Source of the DNA: an uncultured Acidobacteriota bacterium
GTDB lineage: Bacteria; Acidobacteriota; UBA6911
DNA: 64,000 nucleotides
Direction: 5' to 3'
Assembly (NCBI GenBank): GCA_963809485.1
Contig: CAWEJX010000008.1
Location: 160,001-224,000 of the forward strand
The translations under genes were made by a program, and so were the position numbers. The notes beneath the pieces are model-generated. The model was not told where the DNA came from, made no database searches, and worked only from the letters and a program-made list of their open reading frames with translations. Positions 9,554-20,237 of the stretch are shown in pieces (the stretch's first letter is position 1; every line of letters begins with the position of its first letter).

Positions 9554-10777
9554 ATGAACAGAACCGTTGAGAACATACTGAAAAGCCTGTTCTTGTTTTT
9601 ATTTATTGCAGCCGGCAGCCAGCTGGTTTGCGCGCAGACAGGCGAGCAAGCCAAGCCTTTCTTGGACATTTATGGCTTTGCCATGATGGATGCCGGATAC
9701 GATTTTAAGCAGGTGCACCCCGACTGGTTTGACGTCGTGCGGCCAACCAAGCTTCCCTCCTTTGAAAATGAGTTTGGCGCCGACGGCAATACCTACTTCA
9801 GCGCCCGCCAGACCCGGTTCGGCGTCAAATCCGAAGTGCCAACAAGCATGGGCACCCTCAAGACCATCTTCGAATTTGAACTGTTCGGAACAGGCGTGGA
9901 CGCTGGTCAGACCACATTCCGTTTGCGCCACGCCTATGGCGAACTGGGGCAGGTCGGAGCGGGTCAATACTGGAGCCCATTCATGGATATCGATGTATTC
10001 CCCAACACGGTGGAGTATTGGGGTCCGACTGGAATGGTGTTCTTCCGCAATGTGCAGTTCCGCTGGATGCCTCTTAAGGGCGACTCCCGCATCACGATTG
10101 CCTTGGAGCGGCCGGGCGCCAGTGCAGACCAGGGAGTGTACAGCAATAGGATCGAATTGGAGGATGTCCATGCACATTTCCCGATGCCGGACATCTCGGG
10201 AGAAGCGCGCCTTGGCCGCAAGTGGGGCTATGTGGAGGCCGCCGGGATCCTGCGCCGCATCGAATGGGAGGATTTAGGCACCGACCAGTACGATCTCACC
10301 GGAGAAGCCTGGGGATGGGGCGTCAACCTCAGTTCCAACCTGAAAGTCGGAAAGAAGGACGTGATCAAACTTCAGTTCGTTTACGGCGAAGGGATCCAGA
10401 ACTACATGAACGACGCGCCGCAGGATGTCGGGATAGCGTCCAATCCAGGCAACACCACTGCTCCCGTTAAAGGTGAAGCGCTGCCCCTGATCGGCATTGT
10501 CGCATTTTACGACCACTATTGGAGCGACAAGTTCAGCAGCAGCTTCGGGTATTCCCGCCTGGACATTGATAACAGTGCCGGGCAGGCTGACGATGCCTTT
10601 AAGACCGGTCAATACGCTGTTGCCAACCTTCTCTACTACCCGGTGAAGGATGCCATGGTAGGTGGCGAGTTCCAATGGGGTCATCGTGAAAATTTCCGGG
10701 ATGGATGGAGCGTACCGGACTACAGGATTCAGTTTTCATTCAAATACAACTTTTCGTTCCGAGTTTTGGGGAACTAA
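9554..10777 (+). CDS. DcaP-family trimeric outer-membrane porin
   Basis: Signal peptide; SARQTRFG, FRLRHAYG, GQYWSPFMDID and YGEGIQNYMND motifs; aromatic C-terminal strand FSFKYNFSF. Confidence 0.85.
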   Translation: MNRTVENILKSLFLFLFIAAGSQLVCAQTGEQAKPFLDIYGFAMMDAGYDFKQVHPDWFDVVRPTKLPSFENEFGADGNTYFSARQTRFGVKSEVPTSMGTLKTIFEFELFGTGVDAGQTTFRLRHAYGELGQVGAGQYWSPFMDIDVFPNTVEYWGPTGMVFFRNVQFRWMPLKGDSRITIALERPGASADQGVYSNRIELEDVHAHFPMPDISGEARLGRKWGYVEAAGILRRIEWEDLGTDQYDLTGEAWGWGVNLSSNLKVGKKDVIKLQFVYGEGIQNYMNDAPQDVGIASNPGNTTAPVKGEALPLIGIVAFYDHYWSDKFSSSFGYSRLDIDNSAGQADDAFKTGQYAVANLLYYPVKDAMVGGEFQWGHRENFRDGWSVPDYRIQFSFKYNFSFRVLGN

Positions 10778-10810
10778 CGCAATCAACCGGATTTGAAAGG
10801 AGAAGGCATA

Positions 10811-12424
10811 ATGGAGAAGTCATTAAAGGATTTTCAGAGCATACCGGGCGCCTGTGGCAGCGGCGAATGCGGGAGCTGTGGATCGGAGACAAAAAATGGC
10901 GGTCTTAGCCGCCGCGACTTTGGATGTGCTGCTCTTACTGCCGTCGCAGCATCGGTCCTCACCGGCTGTTCCACCGCACAGAAACAGACCGTGCAGAAAG
11001 CTGAGCCTGCAGCGCCGGCCCTGCCTGCCATGTCTCAGGACCTGGAAGTGGTCAAGAAATCCAAAGGGCCGATTATGACGACCCTCGAGGAGTTCTATAA
11101 GATGGGCCCGGGTCCCTCGAGCTCCCACACCATGGGAGTTATGCGGTGTACCTATGATTTCTTCCAGAGGGTCAGCAAGCTTCCCGAGGATCAGCTGAAG
11201 AGAGCCACGGCGCTCCAGGTTCATCTGTTTGGAAGTCTCAGCGCGACCGGGAAAGGTCACGGCACGGAACGGGCTGCGCTGGCGGGCCTGCTCGGCAAGG
11301 CTCCTGCCGATTGTCCTCCTCAATTCCTGGACGGCATGGCGGCCAAACCGGAGGAAGTGCATAAGGTCGCCATAGGCCCCGCCACTTTCAGCTTGACCTT
11401 GAAAAACATCATTTACGATGCTACCAAGGGAGACTTTCCGCATCCCAACACGTTGATCGCCAAACTCCTTGCCGGCAATGAAACCATTCTCGAGCAGGAA
11501 TATTATTCGGTCGGCGGAGGCTTCATCGAATGGAAAGGCTACAAGCCGCCGGATAAGGGCCAACCCAAATATCCATTCTCCTGGGCGAAGGATCTAAAGA
11601 AATTCCTCCTCGATGACAAGATTCCGCTGGCGAGGGTACTGCTTGAAAATGAAATGGCCATCTCAGGCAGGAGTGAGAAGCAGATCTGGGAATTCCTCGA
11701 CCAGGTGGCGAGTGTCATGGCTCGAGGGGTGGAGACGGGATTGTCTGTGGAAGGCGTTCTTCCGGGCCCCATCCAATTGCACAGCAAGGCGGCTGCCATT
11801 TATCGCAGTCTGAAGGACACAAACAAAGGACCGGGCGGCCGGGCTATAAGCACGGTGGCGGCTTATGCTTTCGCCATGGGTGAGGAAAACGCCCGCGGAC
11901 ATGTTATCGTGACTGCGCCCACAGGAGGGTCCGCAGGTATTATGCCGGCTGTGCTCCGGTCGCTGCGCGACATTAACACACCTGCCCAAAAAATCCGGGA
12001 AGGATTCCTGGCAGCGGCGGCTATCGGCTACATCTGCAAACACAATGCCACGCTGGCGGGCGCCGAAGGAGGTTGCCAAGCGGAGGTCGGAGTTGGTTCT
12101 TCGATGGCTGCCGCGATGATTGCCCAGGCTTTAGGTGCTCCCCCCAAAGTTGTCTCCAATGCCGCCGAATCAGCTCTCGAACACCACCTTGGCATGACCT
12201 GCGATCCGGTGGCCGGTTTTGTTCAGATCCCTTGTATCGAGCGGTGCGCCTATGGGGCAGTGAAGGCCTGGACGGGCTATTGCATTGCCAGTGAAGAGAT
12301 TCCGGAACAGCGCCGGGTAGATCTCGATACGACAATCGCGGCGATGGCCATGACGGCCAAGGACATGAACGCCAAATATAAGGAGACGTCTGAAGCAGGT
12401 TTGGCCGCTCTTGTGCTCTGTTAG
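10811..12424 (+). CDS. sdaA: [4Fe-4S] L-serine ammonia-lyase (single-chain SdaA type) with a Tat-lipoprotein signal
   Basis: GPGPSSSHTMG, LFGSLSATGKGHGT, YYSVGGGFI, VTAPTGGSAG, GCQAEVG, GMTCDPVAGFVQIPCIER and KYKETSEAGLA; leader SRRDFG...VLTGC. Confidence 0.92.
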   Translation: MEKSLKDFQSIPGACGSGECGSCGSETKNGGLSRRDFGCAALTAVAASVLTGCSTAQKQTVQKAEPAAPALPAMSQDLEVVKKSKGPIMTTLEEFYKMGPGPSSSHTMGVMRCTYDFFQRVSKLPEDQLKRATALQVHLFGSLSATGKGHGTERAALAGLLGKAPADCPPQFLDGMAAKPEEVHKVAIGPATFSLTLKNIIYDATKGDFPHPNTLIAKLLAGNETILEQEYYSVGGGFIEWKGYKPPDKGQPKYPFSWAKDLKKFLLDDKIPLARVLLENEMAISGRSEKQIWEFLDQVASVMARGVETGLSVEGVLPGPIQLHSKAAAIYRSLKDTNKGPGGRAISTVAAYAFAMGEENARGHVIVTAPTGGSAGIMPAVLRSLRDINTPAQKIREGFLAAAAIGYICKHNATLAGAEGGCQAEVGVGSSMAAAMIAQALGAPPKVVSNAAESALEHHLGMTCDPVAGFVQIPCIERCAYGAVKAWTGYCIASEEIPEQRRVDLDTTIAAMAMTAKDMNAKYKETSEAGLAALVLC

Positions 12425-12461
12425 GATCGCGAATGGATAAAAGCCACGGATTTCAGGCTTT

Positions 12462-12690
12462 GTGTCAAGTGCCTCCGGCTTTGCCGGAGGCTTGAAAGAT
12501 TTGAACCACTCAAAGCGCTTGGAGGAGTTACGCCGGTCTTGAACGCTGACTTACGCGGGCAAAAGCCGATCCTCGACGAACAAATCGGCGTTTGTCAGCG
12601 CTTTTGTCAGCGTATCTCAGCGTTTCAAAATACGGAGCTGTCAAACTCTATGAGTCCCCCGGCAGCGCCGGGGGTTTACCAATGGAATTA
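12462..12690 (-). mobile_element. IS200/IS605-end element, copy 3 (inverted, internal deletion form)
   Basis: Reverse complement of copies 1, 5 and 6: GCCTCCGGCTTTGCCGGAGGC...GAGTCCCCCGGCAGCGCCGGGGGTTTACCAATGGAATTA. Confidence 0.75.
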
Positions 12691-12694
12691 ATCA

Positions 12695-14401
12695 ATGAAA
12701 TCCATGGCGTTTTTTGTCCGGGGTGCCCTTATGCGGATGCCGGATTGGATGATCCAGTATCGGAAAGAGTGGCTGCGCCCTGATGTGGTTGCCGGGGTGA
12801 CGGCTGCGGCCGTAGTTATTCCGAAGGCAATGGCCTACGCCACGATTGCCGGATTGCCCGTGCAGGTCGGGCTTTACACCATATTCCTCCCCATGCTGAT
12901 CTACGCCGTGATGGGGACCTCCCGGCCGCTCAGCGTCAGCACCACAACCACGCTGGCCATTCTGACCGGTGCGGAGTTCGCCGAGGTCGCCGTGAAAGGC
13001 GATCCCGCATCCTTGTTGCCCGCCTCGGCTATGCTAACGCTGCTGGTGGGAGGCATTCTTGTCCTGGCAGGAATTCTGCGCCTGGGCTTTGTCGCCAACT
13101 TCATCTCCGAACCCGTATTGATCGGGTTCAAGGCAGGAATCGGGATCGTCATCGTCGTGGATCAGATTCCGAAGCTCCTGGGCGTTCACTTTGACAAAGG
13201 ACCATTTTTCTTCCGAAACCTGGTTGCGCTGGCCAAAAGCATCCCTGAAACGTCGATGATCACTTTGGCGGTCTCGGTCGTCATGATCGCGGTACTTGTG
13301 GCGATGGAGCACTATACTCCACGAGCACCCGCGCCGCTGATCGCGGTGGCCATCGGCATCATCGGCGTAAGCGTGCTGGGATTGCAGGGCTTTGGGGTGC
13401 AAACGGTGGGTCACGTTCCAAAGGGGCTGCCTTCCTTCGCTCAGCCGGACTTCGCCCTTGCAATGCAGCTCTGGCCGGGAGCTTTGGGAATTGCGCTGAT
13501 GAGTTTTACCGAAACGATTGCGGCCGGGCGCGCCTTCGCCGTGAGCGGCGAGCCGTCGCCTCGTCCCAATCAGGAGCTGCTGGCGACAGGGCTCGCCAAT
13601 GCGGGCGGAGCTTTCCTGGGAGCAATGCCGGCGGGCGGAGGCACTACTCAGACCGCGGTGAACCGCCTCGCGGGCGCGCGCACTCAAATGGCGGAGTTGA
13701 CAACGGCCGGTGCAGCGCTTATTACGATGCTTTTCCTTGCCCCGCTCATTGCCCTGATGCCGCAGGCCACGCTGGCGGCGATAGTCATTGTATACTCGAT
13801 CGGATTGATCAAGCCGGCGGAGTTTCGCGCCGTTCGAAAGGTCAGACGGATGGAATTCCGCTGGGCGGTGGCTGCCCTTCTGGGGGTTGTCCTCCTGGGA
13901 ACGCTGAAGGGGATTCTGGTTGCGATCATCGTATCGCTGGCGGGCCTTGCCTACCAGGTTGCGGACCCGCCCGTGCAAGTATTAGGGCGCAAGCGGGGGA
14001 CCAACGTCTTCAGGTCCCTGTCGAAGGATCATCCGGATGATGAGACATTTCCTGGTCTGCTGCTGATGCGGCTGGAGGGAAGGATTTTCTTTGCCAATGC
14101 CGCGCGTATCGGACAAAAAATTAGGGGCTTCATCGATGCCGAGAAGCCGAGGGTTATTGCAGTGGACCTCAGCGGCGTCATAGATCTCGAATACACCGCA
14201 CTCAAGAATTTGATCGAGGCCGAGCGCAAGGAACGCGAGCATGGTGTTCTGATGTGGCTGGTGGGGCTCAACCAGGAGGTGTTGGATATGGTGATGCGTT
14301 CGGAACTGGGAAAAACCCTTGGGCGCGAAAGAATGTTTTTCAATCTGGAATTGGCAGTCGCAAAGTACCTCTCATTACCGGCAACCGACCGTCAGCTCTG
14401 A
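12695..14401 (+). CDS. SulP/SLC26 family anion transporter with STAS domain (start uncertain)
   Basis: DVVAGVTAAAVVIPKAMAYATIAGLPVQVGLY, NQELLATGLAN, and the C-terminal STAS segment RLEGRIFFANA. Confidence 0.92.
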   Translation: MKSMAFFVRGALMRMPDWMIQYRKEWLRPDVVAGVTAAAVVIPKAMAYATIAGLPVQVGLYTIFLPMLIYAVMGTSRPLSVSTTTTLAILTGAEFAEVAVKGDPASLLPASAMLTLLVGGILVLAGILRLGFVANFISEPVLIGFKAGIGIVIVVDQIPKLLGVHFDKGPFFFRNLVALAKSIPETSMITLAVSVVMIAVLVAMEHYTPRAPAPLIAVAIGIIGVSVLGLQGFGVQTVGHVPKGLPSFAQPDFALAMQLWPGALGIALMSFTETIAAGRAFAVSGEPSPRPNQELLATGLANAGGAFLGAMPAGGGTTQTAVNRLAGARTQMAELTTAGAALITMLFLAPLIALMPQATLAAIVIVYSIGLIKPAEFRAVRKVRRMEFRWAVAALLGVVLLGTLKGILVAIIVSLAGLAYQVADPPVQVLGRKRGTNVFRSLSKDHPDDETFPGLLLMRLEGRIFFANAARIGQKIRGFIDAEKPRVIAVDLSGVIDLEYTALKNLIEAERKEREHGVLMWLVGLNQEVLDMVMRSELGKTLGRERMFFNLELAVAKYLSLPATDRQL

Positions 14402-14411
14402 TTTTAACTTT

Positions 14412-14600
14412 TAGACCCACGGCCCTGCCGGGGAACTCAAAGAGTTTGACAGCCCCGTATTTTGAAACGCTGACATACGCTGACAAAAGCGCTGACCTAC
14501 GCCGAACAAATCGGCGTAGGTCAGCGCTTAAAACTATGGAACTCATCCAACCGCCTTGGGCGGTTTACAACGGCAAGCCTCCGGCAAAGCCGGAGGTAAT
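14412..14600 (+). mobile_element. IS200/IS605-end element, short copy 4
   Basis: GTTTGACAGCCCCGTATTTTGAAACGCTGACATACGCTGACAAAAGCGCTGA core and AACCGCCTTGGGCGGTT...GCCTCCGGCAAAGCCGGAGGT right end. Confidence 0.7.
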
Positions 14601-14662
14601 TGATTGTTAGATTCAGGAAAGGACCGACCGGGATCCGGCTTTCATAATGAAAGGGAAATGGT

Positions 14663-15604
14663 ATGGAACCAAAACACGTAAGATACGAGCAGCTGATTAA
14701 GCGCTGCAAGAAGCTGCCCGCAGCATCGACAGCTGTGGCACATCCGTGTGACGAGAGTTCGCTGCAGGGAGCTGTTGATGCGGCCAGGGCCGGTCTGATT
14801 GCGCCCATTCTGGTCGGCCCGGCAGCCCGCATCCGGGAAATCGCATCGAAAGCCGGCATCAATATAGCCGGCTACCCGATCGTGGAGGCCGCATTCAGCC
14901 AGGAATCGGCCGAGATAGCCGTAAAGCAGGTACGCGACGGCAAGGCGGAGGCTTTGATGAAAGGCAGCCTGCACACCGACGAGCTGATGGGTGCAGTAGT
15001 GAAACGTGATACGGGACTGCGCACGGCCCGGCGCATCAGTCACTGCTTCGTCATGGACGTGCCCGGCTATCCCTATGCCCTCATCATCACGGACGCTGCT
15101 GTGAATATCGCGCCTTCGCTCAAGGAGAAAGTCGATATCGTGCAGAATGCGATCGATCTCGCGCACGACCTCGGCGCCGCCGAGGTTCGCGTGGCCATAC
15201 TCTCCGCGATGGAAACGGTCAACCCGGACGTGCCCTCGACGCTGGAAGCGGCCGCCCTTTGCAAGATGGCGGACCGTAAACAAATCACCGGCGCCCTGAT
15301 CGACGGCCCGCTCGCGCTCGACAACGCGATCAGCCCCGAAGCCGCCAAGATTAAGAAGATCGACTCGCCGGTCGCCGGGCGAGCCAACGTGCTGATAGTG
15401 CCAGACCTCGAGGCGGGAAATATGCTTGCCAAGAGCCTGAGCTTCCTCGCCGGGGCGGACGCTGCGGGCATAGTGCTTGGCGCGCGCGTGCCGATCATAT
15501 TGACCAGCCGCGCGGATTCCCTGATCGCGCGGCTCGCTTCGTGCGCAGTGGCTTCTCTCGTGGCCGCCGCGCGCCGCGCGAGCGCCGGTAAGGCTGTGAG
15601 GTGA
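14663..15604 (+). CDS. Phosphate acetyl/butyryl-transferase (Ptb-like)
   Basis: EALMKGSLHTDELM, ITDAAVNIAP, DGPLALDNAIS, PDLEAGNMLAK and PIILTSRADS; lies immediately upstream of ackA. Confidence 0.92.
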   Translation: MEPKHVRYEQLIKRCKKLPAASTAVAHPCDESSLQGAVDAARAGLIAPILVGPAARIREIASKAGINIAGYPIVEAAFSQESAEIAVKQVRDGKAEALMKGSLHTDELMGAVVKRDTGLRTARRISHCFVMDVPGYPYALIITDAAVNIAPSLKEKVDIVQNAIDLAHDLGAAEVRVAILSAMETVNPDVPSTLEAAALCKMADRKQITGALIDGPLALDNAISPEAAKIKKIDSPVAGRANVLIVPDLEAGNMLAKSLSFLAGADAAGIVLGARVPIILTSRADSLIARLASCAVASLVAAARRASAGKAVR

Positions 15605-15608
15605 TGCC

Positions 15609-16796
15609 ATGACCGACGCCATTCTGGTACTCAACGCCGGCTCGTCCAGCATCAAGTTCTCCCTTTTCCTTGCGCAGACGGATCAGCTTCAGCTCAGGCT
15701 GCGCGGACAGATCGAGGGGCTTTACACCGCGCCACGCTTCATCGCCAAGGACGTGGCGGGGGCCACCCTTAGGGAATACAGGTGGAATGAAGGCACGCGC
15801 CTTGGCCATGACGGCGCGATCGACTATCTGATCGCCTTTCTGATGGAATATCGCCAGGAACTCCGACTGATCGCCGTCGGCCACCGGGTCGTGCACGGCG
15901 GGATCAAGTTTTCGGAGCCCACTCTGGTCAACGCGGAGGTGTTGGACAGCCTCGAGAAGCTGATTCCGCTTGCCCCGCTGCACCAGCCGCACAACCTGGC
16001 ACCCATCCGGGTGGTTGCCCAGCGAAGGCCGGAATTGCCGCAGGTAGCCTGTTTTGACACGGCCTTCCACCGGGCGCAACCGGAACTTGCGCAGGTATTT
16101 GCCTTGCCGTATGCCGTCACGGAACGCGGCGTGCGGCGATACGGATTTCACGGCCTGTCGTACGAATATATCGCCGGTGTATTGGCGCGCTACGATGCCA
16201 GGGCTGCCGCTGGACGCGTTGTCGTCGCGCATCTCGGCAATGGGGCCAGCATGTGCGCCATCCATGCCGGCCGGAGCGTGGCGACCACGATGGGATTTAC
16301 GGCTGTGGATGGTCTGCCAATGGGCACGCGCTGCGGCTCCATCGATCCGGGCGTCATGCTGTACCTGATGGACGAGCTGAAGATGGATGCGCGCGCCATC
16401 GAGAAGCTCATTTACCAGCAATCGGGGCTGCTCGGTGTTTCAGGGATTTCAAGCGACATGCGCGCGCTATTGGAAAGCAGCGAACCAAGAGCCCGTCTCG
16501 CAGTGGATCTATTCACCTATCGCATCGGGCGCGAGCTTGGCTCCCTTTCGGCGGCCCTCGGCGGGCTTGACGCCCTGGTTTTCACAGGCGGAATCGGTGA
16601 GCACGCCGTGGCGATCCGGGAGCGCGTGTGCCGCGAAGCATCCTGGCTGGGGATTGAACTCGATCTCGCCGCCAACAGCGCAGGAGGCCCGCGCATCAGC
16701 AAGGAAGGCTGTCCTGCATCGGCGTGGACCATCCCGACAGATGAAGAGCTGATGATCGCCCGGCATACGCGGCGCCTGATTGGCAAGATCACCTAG
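15609..16796 (+). CDS. ackA: Acetate/propionate kinase
   Basis: LVLNAGSSSIKF, GHRVVHGG, LAPLHQP, FDTAFH, RRYGFHGLSY, HLGNGAS and PTDEELMIA. Confidence 0.95.
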   Translation: MTDAILVLNAGSSSIKFSLFLAQTDQLQLRLRGQIEGLYTAPRFIAKDVAGATLREYRWNEGTRLGHDGAIDYLIAFLMEYRQELRLIAVGHRVVHGGIKFSEPTLVNAEVLDSLEKLIPLAPLHQPHNLAPIRVVAQRRPELPQVACFDTAFHRAQPELAQVFALPYAVTERGVRRYGFHGLSYEYIAGVLARYDARAAAGRVVVAHLGNGASMCAIHAGRSVATTMGFTAVDGLPMGTRCGSIDPGVMLYLMDELKMDARAIEKLIYQQSGLLGVSGISSDMRALLESSEPRARLAVDLFTYRIGRELGSLSAALGGLDALVFTGGIGEHAVAIRERVCREASWLGIELDLAANSAGGPRISKEGCPASAWTIPTDEELMIARHTRRLIGKIT

Positions 16797-16867
16797 GGCT
16801 CAAGGGAATGGGTTTTTGCAGAGGCGAGCGGCAGCTCGCCCTTATCGGACATATAAATTTGGATCAG

Positions 16868-16889
16868 CGGGCGGCCTTCCGGCTGCCCG
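16868..16889 (+). terminator. GC-rich stem-loop between ackA and pflB
   Basis: CGGGCGGCC-TTCC-GGCTGCCCG followed shortly by a T-rich stretch. Confidence 0.35.
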
Positions 16890-16931
16890 TGGCGCTTTAT
16901 ATTTTTGGCAAAATGAAAGAGAGAAGGAAAC

Positions 16932-19187
16932 ATGGCAGCCCAATCGAAAACTGGTGATGAACAGCATGAAATCGCGTGGCATGGATTCGCGCCCGGCAAG
17001 TGGCAAAGCCAAGTCAACGTCCGTGAATTCATCCAGCGCAATTACACGCCCTATGAAGGCGACAGCTCCTTTCTCCAGGGCGCTACCCAGCGAACGCTGG
17101 ACGTCTGGGAGAAACTGCAGCCGCTGCTCGCGGAAGAACGCGAAAAAGGAATCCTGGACGTGTCGCAGATTCCTTCCAGCATTGTCTCGCACGAGCCGGG
17201 CTACATCGACAAGGAGCACGAGATCATCGTGGGCCTGCAGACCGATGCGCCGCTCAAACGAGCGATTATGCCGTTCGGCGGCTGGCGCGTGGTTGAGGCG
17301 AGCCTCAAGTCCTACGGCTACGAACCGGATGAGCGCGTCGGCGAAATCTTCACAAAGTACCGCAAAACGCACAATGACGGTGTTTTCGATGCCTATACGT
17401 CCGAGATCCGGAAAGCACGGTCCGCGCACCTGATCACCGGCCTGCCGGATGGATACGGCCGGGGTCGCATCATTGGCGACTATCGCCGGGTAGCGCTCTA
17501 CGGGGTGGATTTTCTCATCACCGACAAAGAACGCGAAAAGAACGAACTGGATGACCGGTATTCAACGGAGGACGTCATACGCCTGCGGGAAGAGCTTGCC
17601 GAACAGATCCGTTCGCTTATAGAACTGAAGCAAATGGCGTCGATGTATGGTTATGACATATCCAGGCCGGCCGTCAACGCGCGGGAGGCGGTGCAGTGGA
17701 CTTACTTCGGCTATCTCGCCGCTCTCAAGCAGCAGAACGGGGCGGCGATGTCTGCCGGGCGTTTATCTACGTTCTGGGATATATACTTTGAGCGCGACCT
17801 GCGCGAGGGCTTGCTGACAGAGTCGCAAGCCCAGGAAATCATCGACGACCTGGTGATCAAGTGGCGTCTCGTTCGCTTTTTGCGCGCGCCCGAGTATACC
17901 CAGCTTTTTTCCGGCGACCCGGTCTGGGTCACGGAATCGGTAGGCGGGATGGGCGAAGACGGGCGCACGCTGGTAACCAAAACCGCGTTCCGCATGCTGC
18001 ATACGCTCAACAACCTCGGACCGGCGCCGGAGCCCAATCTCACCGTATTCTGGTCCCCGAGGCTGCCTGAGGGCTTCAAACGCTTTGCCATCAAGGCTTC
18101 GATCGACACCAGCTCGATTCAGTACGAGTCCGACGATCTCATGCGGCCGAAGTGGGGGGACGACTGCGCGATTGCCTGCTGCGTTTCGGCGATGCGGGTC
18201 GGCAAACAGATGCAGTTCTTCGGTGCGCGCGTAAATCTGGCTAAGACGCTGCTGTATGCGTTGAATGGAGGTCGCGACGAGCTGAGCGGCAAGCAGGTCG
18301 GGCCGAAACTGGCGCCGATCACGTCGGAGGTGCTGGATTTCGACGAAGTCATGGGCCGGTTCGACCCGATGATGGACTGGCTTGCGAAGACCTATGTCAA
18401 CGCGCTCAATATCATCCACTTCATGCATGACAAATATTGCTACGAGTCGATCGAGATGGCGTTGCACGACCGCGACGTTTTGCGCACGCTCGCCTGCGGA
18501 ATCGCGGGCCTTTCGCACACGGCCGACAGCCTTTCCGCGATCAAGTACGCCAGGGTGAGACCGGTGCGCGATGAGCGCGGCATCATGGTCGACTTTGAGA
18601 CGGAGGGGGAATTTCCCTTTTATGGCAACAACGACGATCGCGCGGACGACATTGCCCGGATGCTGGTGTCCATGATTATGAACAAGATCCGGATGTACCC
18701 AAGTTACCGCAACGCTGTTCACACCCAGGGAGTACTCACCATCACCTCCAACATCGTTTACGGCAGGGCGACAGGCACCACGCCCGACGGTCGCAAAAAG
18801 GGCGAGGCTTTTGCGCCCGGCGGGAATCCGTCGAACGGACGCGATACCCACGGTGCACTGGCGGCCCTGATGTCGGTAGCCAAAATTCCCTATGACGACG
18901 CCGAGGACGGCATCTCGCTCACTTTAACAGTTGTGCCCTCCGCACTCGGAAGCGAAAACGACCGGCTCACGCGCGGGGTTGGTGCACTGGACGCTTACTT
19001 TGCAAGCGGCGGCTTCCACGTCAATATCAACGTGTTGAACCGCGAGACGCTTCATGACGCAATGAAGCATCCGGAGAAATATCCGCAGCTCACGGTCCGC
19101 GTATCCGGGTACGCAGTGAACTTTGTCAAGCTGACCAGGGAACAACAGCTCGACATAATCAACCGCACGTTCCACGGCGCTATGTAG
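16932..19187 (+). CDS. pflB: Pyruvate formate-lyase (formate C-acetyltransferase)
   Basis: IACCVS double-Cys loop, glycyl radical motif [12 protein letters not shown], and [10 protein letters not shown]. Confidence 0.97.
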   Translation: MAAQSKTGDEQHEIAWHGFAPGKWQSQVNVREFIQRNYTPYEGDSSFLQGATQRTLDVWEKLQPLLAEEREKGILDVSQIPSSIVSHEPGYIDKEHEIIVGLQTDAPLKRAIMPFGGWRVVEASLKSYGYEPDERVGEIFTKYRKTHNDGVFDAYTSEIRKARSAHLITGLPDGYGRGRIIGDYRRVALYGVDFLITDKEREKNELDDRYSTEDVIRLREELAEQIRSLIELKQMASMYGYDISRPAVNAREAVQWTYFGYLAALKQQNGAAMSAGRLSTFWDIYFERDLREGLLTESQAQEIIDDLVIKWRLVRFLRAPEYTQLFSGDPVWVTESVGGMGEDGRTLVTKTAFRMLHTLNNLGPAPEPNLTVFWSPRLPEGFKRFAIKASIDTSSIQYESDDLMRPKWGDDCAIACCVSAMRVGKQMQFFGARVNLAKTLLYALNGGRDELSGKQVGPKLAPITSEVLDFDEVMGRFDPMMDWLAKTYVNALNIIHFMHDKYCYESIEMALHDRDVLRTLACGIAGLSHTADSLSAIKYARVRPVRDERGIMVDFETEGEFPFYGNNDDRADDIARMLVSMIMNKIRMYPSYRNAVHTQGVLTITSNIVYGRATGTTPDGRKKGEAFAPGGNPSNGRDTHGALAALMSVAKIPYDDAEDGISLTLTVVPSALGSENDRLTRGVGALDAYFASGGFHVNINVLNRETLHDAMKHPEKYPQLTVRVSGYAVNFVKLTREQQLDIINRTFHGAM

Positions 19188-19199
19188 GAGGGGAAACCT

Positions 19200-20057
19200 A
19201 TGAGTCAGCCACTTATCGGGAGCCGTTATGACATCCATGTCGCCCGCACAGGGGCTCAGGAAAGTCAGGCGGAGCACGACTACAAGGCAATATATCCGAG
19301 TGATATAGAGGAAGTCGAGGGAATAGAAGATCTCATCGGCTACGTACACTCGTATGAGGTGGGCAGTACGGTGGATGGTCCCGGCATTCGCTTTGTGGCT
19401 TTTCTGACGGGCTGCCCGCTTCGCTGCCAGTACTGTCATAACCCGGATACCTGGCACAAGCACAACGGCCAGCCCGTGTCCGTTTCGCGCTCGATGCGGC
19501 AGATCGGGAAGTATGCGCAAGTTCTCAAGATCAGCAAAGGAGGCATCACGCTCTCAGGGGGTGAGCCTGTGCTGCAGCGGAAGTACATGACCCGGATCTT
19601 CCGCCGCTGCAAGGAACTTGGCCTGCATACCTGTCTGGACACCTGCGGCCGCCTCGGCGACCTGCTAACCGACCAGGATTTGATGGACATCGACCTCAAC
19701 CTGCTTGATATCAAGTCGGGGGATCCGGTCATTTATGAGAAAGTGACGCACCAGCCCCTGCAGCCGACGCTCGATTACGCGCGCCGGCTATCGGCGCTGG
19801 GGCGGCCGATGTGGGTACGGTTTGTTCTTGTGCCAGGCCTGACCGACGGCTACGACAATGTGGAAAAAGTCGCCAACATCTGTGCGGAACTCAAGTCCCT
19901 GGAGCGGGTGGAAATTTTGCGTTTTCATCAAATGGGCCGGGATAAGTGGAGCAAGCTCGGACTCGAGTACACGCTGGCAGATGTCGAACCTCCAAGCGCA
20001 GAGCTGGCGGAGCGCGTTCGCGGCCAGTTCCGAAGCCGCGGCTTGATGGTCTACTAA
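19200..20057 (+). CDS. pflA: Pyruvate formate-lyase activating enzyme (radical SAM)
   Basis: VDGPGIRFVAFLTGCPLRCQYCHNPDTW and GGITLSGGEP. Confidence 0.95.
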   Translation: MSQPLIGSRYDIHVARTGAQESQAEHDYKAIYPSDIEEVEGIEDLIGYVHSYEVGSTVDGPGIRFVAFLTGCPLRCQYCHNPDTWHKHNGQPVSVSRSMRQIGKYAQVLKISKGGITLSGGEPVLQRKYMTRIFRRCKELGLHTCLDTCGRLGDLLTDQDLMDIDLNLLDIKSGDPVIYEKVTHQPLQPTLDYARRLSALGRPMWVRFVLVPGLTDGYDNVEKVANICAELKSLERVEILRFHQMGRDKWSKLGLEYTLADVEPPSAELAERVRGQFRSRGLMVY

Positions 20058-20237
20058 CATATGCTGCAACCCGATAGGCGAGTGGCTTCGAAATGCCCGA
20101 AGAGGAGGACGCCGGGAATTGGCCTGCGAAAACATCACAGCCCGTACTCCTCAGCGACACAGGTCGGAACGGCAGAGTTTTTTTGGAATTCGCGGCTGGA
20201 GGCGGTGACTTATCATAAGGAGAGTTAGGGAGAACAC

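Noticed and set aside
14663-20057. pta-ackA-pflB-pflA as a novel system
   Set aside because: These are canonical fermentation genes with standard motifs.
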